Below are positions 48,662 through 58,600 of a DNA stretch of 64,000 nucleotides, one piece after another; within the stretch, counting starts at the first letter, position 1, and each line of letters opens with the position of its first letter. The stretch spans positions 1 to 64,000 of the IMG/VR virus record IMGVR_UViG_3300036398_003294; one strand, given 5' to 3'. A program made the position numbers and the translations under genes. This DNA comes from a virus. The notes beneath the pieces were generated by a model. It was not told the DNA's origin. It did no database searches and was given only the letters and a program-made list of their open reading frames with translations.

Positions 48662-50686
48662 ATGACTTATGAAAATACACTTCCTATAGAAGTTAGAAAA
48701 AAATTAGGTGTTTGGTACACACCAACCGAAATAGTAGAATATATGGTTAAAGGGATTGAGAACTTATTAAATTCTAAATTCAATCTTCCTTTAGATAGTC
48801 AAGATATTCAAATCCTTGATCCTGCTACAGGCACAGGAACTTTTATTGACTGTCTAGTCAATAAAGTTTCTTTAGCAGAAATACATGGGATTGAAATTGA
48901 TCCTGATGCTTATGAGATAGCATCAGAGAAGTTTAAAGATTTAGATAATGTGAAGGTATATAATTTAAATACTTTGGAAGGTGCATTAAAACTAAAATCA
49001 TCTAAAGTGAGAGTAGTCTTAGGCAATCCACCTTATAATGGCAACAGTAAGAATAATGGTGATTTTATCACTGAACTTATGAACTCTTATAAGGTTAGTA
49101 ATAAAAATATAGGCAAGGGACTTAATGATGATTACATTAAGTTTATTAGATATGGACAATCTCTTATTGATCAAAACCAATCAGGTATTCTAGCTTATAT
49201 CTCAAATAATAGCTTTATCCAAAGCCTTGCTTGTTCTAAAATGAGAGATTCGTTATTAAATAGCTTTGATGAGATTTATATCTTAAATTTACATGGGGAT
49301 AAAGATGAGAATGTTTTTAGTATCACTACTCCTGTTTGTATCTCATTCTTTGTTAAGACTAATAAGAAAGTAGCTGGTAAAGTCTTTTATCATGAGATTA
49401 AAGGTTTAAAATCAGATAAAATCTCTTATTGCCTTAACAGCACTCTAAATTTAGATTTTAAAGAGATTGAGATTATAGGTAGTGAGAAATATTTTATTCC
49501 ACAAGATGTGGATGCTATAAAGGATTATAACAAAAACTCTTTTAGTTTAGATGATTTGTTCTTAACTAAGGGACAAGCTATATTAACAGCTTGTGATGAT
49601 CTTGTAATCGACACTAATAAAACCAATCTCTTAAATAAGATCAATGACTTTCAAACAAAAGGATGGCTACCTGAGAAAATAGAAAATGGTGCAGACTCGG
49701 AACATACAGGTAAGATTAAATTAAGATCATTAAAAAATAAAGATGGTGAAGTTAAACCATTTGCATATAGACCATTTGACAATCGCTTTATTTATGATTC
49801 GGATATGGTGCATAGAAGAAAAACTGAACTAACACAACATGATCAAGTACAAGGCAACATTTATTTGAATAATGCTAGAACAGGTAAGATTAAATTAAGA
49901 TCATTAAAAAATAAAGATGGTGAAGTTAAACCATTTCCATATAGACCTTTTGATACTAGATTTATTTATGATTCGGATATGGTTTTGTATAGAAAAGAAA
50001 CACTGACAGAACATGATCAAGTCATAGGAAATATCTATATTAACTTTAAACATAATTGTTGGGATAAAAACGACTTTACACATATCTGTATCTCAAAAAA
50101 CACACCATCAAATGAATTTTTTGCACATGGTGCAACATACACAGCACCTCTATACCTACACTCTCCATATCATTTAAATCCTACTGCTCCTCAATTCACA
50201 TCTAACTTAAACCATATCATTAAATCTAAATTCACTTCCCTTGATCCTTCTATCACAGACTTGGATATTATTGACTATATTTATGGTGTCCTCAACGATA
50301 AGAACTACACCACTAAATATAACCAATTCCTTAAATCTAATTATCCAAGAGTACCTTATCCTAAAGACACTATTGAATTTAATGTCTATAAGGATAAAGG
50401 CACTACTCTTAGACTTGTTCATCTTGATGATAAAACAGAAGATGAACAGTCTACCTTTAATGCCACCACTAATAATAAGATTGAAAAAGTTTCTTTTGAT
50501 GCAGATAAAGTGTATTTCAACAAGACTAGCTACTTCGATCAAATCACACAAGAGATGTGGGATTTTAAAATAGGTGCAAGTCAACCTTTAAAGAATTGGT
50601 TGGAAAGCAGGAAAGAAGATACTTTTGACCAAGCTATGATTGAGCAATATTTAAATGTCATTTATAAAGTAAGACATTCTATCTAA
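48662..50686 (+). CDS. N6-adenine DNA methyltransferase, nuclease-less paralogue of 45647..48640
   Basis: GVWYTP, ILDPATGTG, GIEID, GNPPY; long near-identical DNA blocks shared with the upstream gene. Confidence 0.9.
   Translation: MTYENTLPIEVRKKLGVWYTPTEIVEYMVKGIENLLNSKFNLPLDSQDIQILDPATGTGTFIDCLVNKVSLAEIHGIEIDPDAYEIASEKFKDLDNVKVYNLNTLEGALKLKSSKVRVVLGNPPYNGNSKNNGDFITELMNSYKVSNKNIGKGLNDDYIKFIRYGQSLIDQNQSGILAYISNNSFIQSLACSKMRDSLLNSFDEIYILNLHGDKDENVFSITTPVCISFFVKTNKKVAGKVFYHEIKGLKSDKISYCLNSTLNLDFKEIEIIGSEKYFIPQDVDAIKDYNKNSFSLDDLFLTKGQAILTACDDLVIDTNKTNLLNKINDFQTKGWLPEKIENGADSEHTGKIKLRSLKNKDGEVKPFAYRPFDNRFIYDSDMVHRRKTELTQHDQVQGNIYLNNARTGKIKLRSLKNKDGEVKPFPYRPFDTRFIYDSDMVLYRKETLTEHDQVIGNIYINFKHNCWDKNDFTHICISKNTPSNEFFAHGATYTAPLYLHSPYHLNPTAPQFTSNLNHIIKSKFTSLDPSITDLDIIDYIYGVLNDKNYTTKYNQFLKSNYPRVPYPKDTIEFNVYKDKGTTLRLVHLDDKTEDEQSTFNATTNNKIEKVSFDADKVYFNKTSYFDQITQEMWDFKIGASQPLKNWLESRKEDTFDQAMIEQYLNVIYKVRHSI
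49706..50053 (+). repeat. 174-bp in-frame tandem duplication inside the MTase TRD
   Basis: 57 identical nt at 49706-49762 and 49880-49936 (TGKIKLRSLKNKDGEVKPF), followed by diverged YRPFD...DSDMV segments. Confidence 0.9.
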
Positions 50687-50740
50687 AACATTTATTTCTT
50701 ATCTAAAACATTTATAAATTAAGCATACCTATCTAAAACA
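50680..50740. repeat. Three copies of TATCTAAAACA between convergent genes
   Basis: Copies start at 50680, 50700 and 50730. Confidence 0.75.
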
Positions 50741-50741
50741 A

Positions 50742-52007
50742 TTATTCTTCACCATCGCCAAAGAAATCATCATCATCCATATCTTCACTAATGCCATCAT
50801 CATATTCTTCTTCTGATGCTTGCTCTACATCATCATCACTTGGCTCAGTACTCCAAAGATTTTCTAATTCTTCATCTTCAGATGATGTTCTTAATGGACT
50901 TGAGTTATTAGCAAAACCTTTATTATCAGGAATGACTTTAGCTGATCCACCACTTTGCACAACTTCTGTAATGTTATTTAAAGCAGTAGCAGGTGTTCTA
51001 CCATGACTATCTGATCTATCTAAATTCAAAGTCTTATTGACAGGTGAATCAGGTGCAGTACTGCCTATATCATCTGAATAACCTTTAGGTAAACTTTCTT
51101 TGCCTTTAAAATTATCTACACCACGATTTGTTTGCACACCTGTTGAAAAGCTATCTCTATTTGGTGGAATAACATCTCTTTGAAAATCAGCACTCTTAGT
51201 ATTTAAAAATCCTGATGCTTGGATCATTTCACTAACAAAAGCATTTCGTTCTGTTTGACCACCTAAAGTAGTTTTAATATTTTGCCATGTAGCTGATTTT
51301 TGCAATGCTACATTAATGGTATTCATATTGCCTGCTTTTACAAATGGTTTCATTTCTTTAATAATAGATGCCATCACCATATTCTTTTGTGATTTAGCTA
51401 ACTTTTGCTTTCTAGCTTCGACCATTTCTAATTGCTTTTGCTCTTCAGCTTGCTTTAATAATGCTTGCTTTTGCATTAACAGTGCTTGCTTTTTTCTTAA
51501 TTGAGCCTGCTCTTGTTCTTGTGCATACTTTTGATCTAACCTATCTTGAATAAGTTCATTTACAGATGATACGATGGATTTAATAGAATTGTTATCTACT
51601 GCATCTTTAATCTCATTCCAAGTATTTGATTGCTTAAACAATACTCTCAAATCATATTCTTCATCTTTTACTTTTGGTAAAATCTCATTACCTATCCTTA
51701 CTGCAAATGACTTAATCTTATCATCTGTTAAACTTGCTTTTTTTATCTGATTGACAACCATAGGTTTTGGTGCAGTAGTTTGCTTTGGTCTTTCACTTCT
51801 TAAAGATGCAATTCTCTCTGCCATTGATAATGTTTTTTGTGATGGATTAATAGGCATTACTTCTACCTTTTTTGCTACTCGTGGCTGTTGTTCTTCTTCT
51901 TCATTCAAATCTTCTTCATTTAATTTCATCAATGCCATTGATGCTGTCTTTACAACTTCCCATAATGCTTTTTGGATTTGTGCTTTTTCATCAGATGCAA
52001 ATTTCAT
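50742..52007 (-). CDS. Coiled-coil hypothetical protein with acidic tail, possible internal head protein
   Basis: Likely start ATG 52007 after AAAGGTGG; two similar ..KP.VK......QS.TW..IK repeats. Confidence 0.7.
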   Translation of the reverse strand: MKFASDEKAQIQKALWEVVKTASMALMKLNEEDLNEEEEQQPRVAKKVEVMPINPSQKTLSMAERIASLRSERPKQTTAPKPMVVNQIKKASLTDDKIKSFAVRIGNEILPKVKDEEYDLRVLFKQSNTWNEIKDAVDNNSIKSIVSSVNELIQDRLDQKYAQEQEQAQLRKKQALLMQKQALLKQAEEQKQLEMVEARKQKLAKSQKNMVMASIIKEMKPFVKAGNMNTINVALQKSATWQNIKTTLGGQTERNAFVSEMIQASGFLNTKSADFQRDVIPPNRDSFSTGVQTNRGVDNFKGKESLPKGYSDDIGSTAPDSPVNKTLNLDRSDSHGRTPATALNNITEVVQSGGSAKVIPDNKGFANNSSPLRTSSEDEELENLWSTEPSDDDVEQASEEEYDDGISEDMDDDDFFGDGEE

Positions 52008-52084
52008 TTTTTCCACCTTTGTTTGTGTATGATTTATATACAATACATATTATGTATAAATAGAATACAAAGGATTTTTCACAC

Positions 52085-52645
52085 ATGGCAATTTCACCAC
52101 CTTTAATTGCATCCACCCTACTCGCAAGTAATCCTGCTCTTAAAGGTCAAAGCTGGATTTTATCCACTAATGCTCTTGGTTTAGGTATCTTTAATTGGAT
52201 TAATTCTTCCGTGATTGCTAATGTTACTTGCACAGGCACTCTTGGTCTTGGTAATGCTAATGGTAAAGTTATTATCATCCCAAACACACCTTTAGCTTTA
52301 GCTGGTTTTACTGCTAATGGTCTTGTTAGTTCTAATGCTACTGCTATGGCATCTGCAATTGCCACTTGCTTAAGCACCCTGCCTATGCAATTCACAGGCA
52401 TTAGTCCTCTTGTTGGTACAGGTGCTTGTGCAATCGTTAATATCATTGCTCCTTATCCTACTCTACTTGCTAGTCTACAATCTGCTTTCCCTGCTAGTGG
52501 AATACCTAATCCAAATCCTTTACTTTTAAATTCTTTTGCTCTAAGCATAAGCAACTTGTTTCTCACAGGCACAGGTGCAGGTCTTGTTATTGGCTCTGCT
52601 AGTGTAGTTCCTTCTGCATCACCTATCATCTGTAAAATAGGATAA
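52085..52645 (+). CDS. Ala/Gly/Pro-rich hypothetical protein, probably structural
   Basis: 186 aa, RBS AAGGA, two similar halves; upstream of giant protein. Confidence 0.65.
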   Translation: MAISPPLIASTLLASNPALKGQSWILSTNALGLGIFNWINSSVIANVTCTGTLGLGNANGKVIIIPNTPLALAGFTANGLVSSNATAMASAIATCLSTLPMQFTGISPLVGTGACAIVNIIAPYPTLLASLQSAFPASGIPNPNPLLLNSFALSISNLFLTGTGAGLVIGSASVVPSASPIICKIG

Positions 52646-52651
52646 TAAAAT

Positions 52652-55600
52652 ATGTCTAGTAAAATCATCTTAGATACAAAAAATGCTAACACTAACCAAT
52701 CCACTACAAGCCTTGCTACTAGGTTCATTGGTAATCGTGATGCCTATCGTCAAGGCACTTTATGCTTTGATCAAGGTCAAGTTGAATATCTTCTCATCTC
52801 TATGAATAACTCTAAAATCGCTTGGTCTTTAAATCCTGTTCGCAATTTTACTCTTAATCCAACAGGCAATATGGATGGCAATTACTACGAATATAAAATC
52901 CAAACCTATGATGCTATTAAAAGTCCTGTACCTACTTCCACCAAATTCCTTAAGCCTAACCTTTTCTACTCTCTTGTTAATAACCTTACTGATGCTGATT
53001 TCTATCTTGAAGAACCTTTATTCCATTGGACTAGAAATGATTCATCTAAACAAAGATTTGATTGGGATGGTCAAAATTGGAAACTCTTAAAAGGTGGATC
53101 ACCTGTCAGTTTAGGTATCTTAACTACTTCAGAATACTCTTTGCCTAAAGGTCTTATTGATGAAGATAATGTTTTTGTTAATCTTATCTACATTGGTCAA
53201 GATCTTATCCCTGCCACCACTAAAAAGTTTTCTGTTAAACCTGATCCTTTTACCTTTGATGGTACTTTTGATGTTGCTATCTTTGTAGATCAAAATAAAG
53301 TTCAATTTAAAGATGCTTTTATCCAAGCAAATGCAGGTAAAGAAATTTGGTTTTTTAATGAATCACTAGATACTTCAGACGGTATCGTTCATCCTATCTA
53401 TGATTCTTATTACCTATCACCTAAACCACAAGGCTTTGAAACACCTTTATTAAGATTAGGCAACAGAGAATACCTGTCTGTTCAATATTATGATGATGAA
53501 AGTCTTTTTCCTTTATCCTTAGAAAAAGGTATTGCATATATTAGTAAACAAACAAGCAAGGTTTCTTTACTCAATCCTGATAACTACACTTTATATTATG
53601 ATGGTCTTGTCTTATCATCTAAACCTGTTTCTTTTGTTGAGCCTGTCTTAATTGAGAATGGTAAAATTAATCCTAAAACTAACTTCACTGCTGGATTTGA
53701 TGTTATTGCTGATGGCACAGGTATCTTACCTACAGGTGATAATCCTACAAGTTCAAGACCTGATGGCAGTGGTTTAAAAATCGCTGTCTTAAATAAATAT
53801 AATTATGTGATCAATGATGTAGGTGATATGATTGATGTCAATATTTATCCTACCTATGAAGATTTACCTAATGATCTCAAATGGTCTAAAGCATATTTGA
53901 CACTTGTTAAAAATCCAAGCGACTTCACTATTAATATTGAGTTCAAATCTACATTCCTATCTTTTCAACAAGATAAAGGTAGATCTCTTTACTTTACTCA
54001 AAGTGCAATCCCTCTTAAATCCTACACTAAATACAATGACACAGATTTTAGAATTTATTCAGCTAAACAAGACAAATACACAATTACAGGTGGTGTTCTT
54101 AGATTAGTCATTAATGGCATCACTAGAAATCTTGATTTTAATAGCTTAACAGGTAATAAACAAGCATGGGAAATTCAAGATCACTTTGACACTTTACTTG
54201 GATCTTCTAATAATCCTATTAAATCTGAAAACAGATACCTTGTGATTAAAGCTAGTTCTTCTGTTCAAATCTTAGATACTTCTGATTTAGAAATCCTGCA
54301 GGCTTTAGGTTTTGTCACTCATCAAAATATTACAGATTGGTATTTAACCACAGGTCTTTATTTTGATCTGCAAAAAAGAAATGATAATAATGCAGACTAT
54401 GACTTCACTAGCACCATTCTTTATAATGATATTCAAGTCACTAAAGAAATCATCCAATCCACTTATGCTTTCTTAGATTTTATCCCAAGAGAAGATTTTG
54501 ATGGTTATAGTGAAAACACCTTTTTTAAAGTAGGTAAAAACACTTTAACTGCTGATGTAGAAATTCAACACCTTTTCAATGAAAGCAAATTTGCTTGGAT
54601 TAGAAATATTACTCGAACTAGAAAAATTGACACTCCTACTGCTATTTTAGATCTTGAGCCCGGTGTCGTTGACCAATCCACTTCCATCACTCTAACAAAA
54701 GATAAGTTCACTGCGAATCTTGTAGAAAATGAAACCTTTGATACAAATATTGCAGGCTTTGCTAGATACTTCACTAGATACTCTAAACAAATTGAACAAG
54801 GATTTAATGCAGTTATCAATGATGAAGAATATACTTTAGATGCCACCTATGACATCAATCCTAATGATTGGATTCAAACTTCTACTCATTTCTTTAAAGT
54901 CTTAGATGTTAATGCGAATGTCTTAAGTTTATCTTCTATCCCTTCAGATACTTCGTGGAAAGCATTTAAAGGATATTCCGAACCTGATCCAAGTCTTTTG
55001 ACTTCTGAATGTTTCATTTCTCTTAATAATGTGAGATCTTTCTTAAAAGTTAAGAAAGTTCATGCAACAGGCTCAAATACTCTTAAACAAACCATTACTG
55101 CTAAATGCTCCATAGAAGAAAATCTTATTGCTAGATTTAATGATAATACCGAACAAGCTGTCACTATCCTTAAAGATGTTGCTTTAGGTTTATCCACTGA
55201 TCAATGCTTTGTTGATATTACTGATCCAAGAGTTTTAGATTTACAATTTAAAATCCGTGTAGGCAGTGATGCTACTTTATATACTCCTGTCTTTGATACA
55301 CCATCAGCAGATGTTTCTATTAATAGCTCTACAGGTGAAATCACTTTATCTACTGCCTTAACTTCTTTGACAGGTGATGTTGTTTTTATTCCTTTAGCTT
55401 ATCAAAATATTGAAGTGCTTATCTCATCTGAAACAACAAGTGAATTTTATGGTGTAAATAAACCTGCATACATTATTGAAGAAGTATCTCATGATGACTA
55501 TGTTGTAGAAACCACAGGTGGAAACATTTCTTTCTTAAGTCCTTTGGATGCTGGTGTGAGTATTGAAGTTGAATACTACACGGATGAAAACACTCAAATT

Positions 55601-58600
55601 GTTGAGCCTATTCTTTTCACTATTCAAAATGAAACGACTACTAAAATCACTTCAACCAAATATAGCTTTAATCCAAATGACTACACAATAGAGCAAACAG
55701 TAACTCCTCAAGTTTATGTAGGTGCTGAAATTGTAGGTATCTTTGATGATACTCAAATTCCTACTTTTGACTACACAACAAATATCTTAACTTTACCTAA
55801 TGCGAACACAGAAGATTACACAGTCAAAATCTCTTATTCTATTAAACAAGCTATTGGTGGTGAATACACTATTAAAGTTGTTAATCCTATTTGGTTGCCT
55901 TTAATGCAAATTCCCAAAGGCAGTACAGGTTTTGATATTTATGGCGACTACACTAGCATCGTTAAAGCAAACTCTGTTATTAAATCCACTACTGAATTTT
56001 TTGTTGTAGATACTGCTACCTATGCAAATGGTAAAACTACTATAACCTTTGATGGCAATCCAGCTAAATTTGATAGTGGTGCTAGATCACCAAGTGATGA
56101 TCCCAAAATCTTTGTCTTATCTAATGAAAATATCTTTATTGCTTTAAGCACACTCACAGGCAATAATAACCATGTCATCAATGCCAAACCTTTATCTAGT
56201 AGTATAACCATCAGTGAAGATGTTACTGCATTTATCCAAGTAAATACCTTGATGTTCTTAGATACAGATTGCTATCAAGTAAAGTCCATCCAATTATCCG
56301 ATGATCAAACAAGAACTATCATTACATTTACAAGTGTTTTAAGCATAGATGTAAGCAGTGAACCTATAATTACTGTTAGTGCAAGACCTGTCTATAATCA
56401 AAATGATACTAAGATCTATGGCAAACCTTTCTTAGCTGATCAAGACTATAAACTTATTAAATACGATACAGAATTTGGCATAGGCAGTGAATTAGTACCT
56501 AACTTTGATTATTCTATTAATGATACTACAGGTGAAATCCAATTAAATCTTAACCATTCCGTGCAACCTAATATCTCTTATTATTTCTTCCACACTAGAC
56601 CACAAAGCCTTAGTCCTTTTCTTTCTAATGGCAGATTGATTTATCCTACCTTTAAAGCAAACTTCAATCAATATATCGAATCACCATATATAGGTAAAAA
56701 ACTTTTTGCCAAATGTGTGATCAATGCACAAGACCAATTTTATTTAAGAGTAGTAGAACAAGATGATTATGAAAGCGAAGTCAATTTTACTACTTCTTCA
56801 ACTAATGGCAGATCTAAGTCTTTTGGTGATACTCCTAAAGGTGTAGGCTTAGGTATTTATGATGATCTAGCTAAAGATGTCATTGCTCGTAAAAACTTAT
56901 CTGATTATAATCAAGTAATCACAAACCTAGAAAACCTTGACCTTGATCGTTCTGTTGGTGATCAAGATGGTGCTTTTAAATTTGAAATCATTCAAGCCAC
57001 TTCAGATTATTTTGGCACAGGTTTAGAAGATCCACTCACTAGAGAATTAAATCCTAGATATGTTGCTTTAGAAATTCTTAATGTAGAAAATCCTAGTACC
57101 TATCTTTTACCTACTGATCCTATTAAAATCAGTGCATCTTATAATCCTGTTACAGGTGGTTTAACAGTAGGATCTAATCCTACTGCTAGTCAAATCGATA
57201 CCATTATCAATAAACAAAAATCTCTCATCTATAATGATATTGACGATCTTGTTTTAACAGACACTAAATCTGTATCCACCTTTTATTTCTTAGGTATCAA
57301 TTCTACTTTGTATTTCATTTGGAAATCCATGTCCAAAGATAGTGTCTTTTCAAGACTTTATCCTGAAAAAATGCAATCAGCTTATTTCCTAGCAGATGGT
57401 GATTTTAATTTTCTAGATACCTATGGCAAACGAATTGGATCTGTTTCTAATCCACTGCTCAATCCTATTACTAATATCTCTTCTCTTACCATGAGAAAAA
57501 GAGCAGGTGCTTATTTCGTCTATGACTACTCAAGCACAGGTTATGCAGGTATATCCACTAATCCTACTCTTATCTTATCTTCTGTACCTTTAAGCGAATT
57601 TCCTATCGATCAAGATACAGGCTTGCCTAATACCAATGAACTTATCCATTCCTCTAATCCTACAGGCTCAACATATTCTGTTGCATCAGGTAATCCTACT
57701 CTTGTTATTCCTCCACTCTCTATTGGTAATCTTATTGCTATCAGTAATGATAATAATACTTTCACTTCTATTAAAGATAGAAATAGTCCTGTCATTAGCT
57801 TAACTTCTTTTGACTATCGCAATGCTCAAATCCAAGATATTATTCAAGGTTGCTATGTTGTCTTAAATACTACAGCTCCTATCGTAGATAATATTTCCTT
57901 AAATGCTACCTTTGGTCAAACCATCCTCCAAAATCTATCAGGTGGTGATATCGATAACCAAACACCTTCTCTCTTTGAATATCGTATTGGTTTTGATGTT
58001 AAAGTAAATTATAAATCAGGTAGCATCATAGATAATAGCTACCCATCTTTAAATGATCCCAACTTGCCTATTAAAGAATTTGTTGAACAAAATCCTCCTA
58101 GTCCTAATGAATGCCTTGAAGGTGATGTTTTCTTTAATTACACAGCTACAGAACCTTTTGAACAACTGCCTGCTCTTAATGGTCTTAACCAAAATGATTC
58201 AGGTCTTTTGTCTATCCCTTATGCTAACCTCAATGGCAAAGAAAGAGAACTCCTAAACAGACTTACTAGAGATATTAAAGCTATCCTATATAAACAATAT
58301 GCAGGCAACCTTGTTTATCCTGATGAACTTCGTTTCGATTTAAATATTGACACTTCAACAGGCACGATTATCAATCCTAATATTGACCCTACTGATAAAA
58401 ATGATCTTGTTATCATTAAAGGTCATGGTTTCTACCAATCATCCAGCGATTCCGAACTCATTATCCCAAGAATGAATATCTCCTCTAATAACAATATTGT
58501 AGAATATAAACTCTCTAACTTTATCACAGGCAACGAATTTATTGTTTATCCACCCTCTCTTATTTCTGTATTCCCAACTACTGTCTACCAATACAGATTA

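Noticed and set aside
52055-52062. T4-type late promoter TATAAATA
   Set aside because: Single instance in AT-rich DNA; not seen consistently before other structural genes
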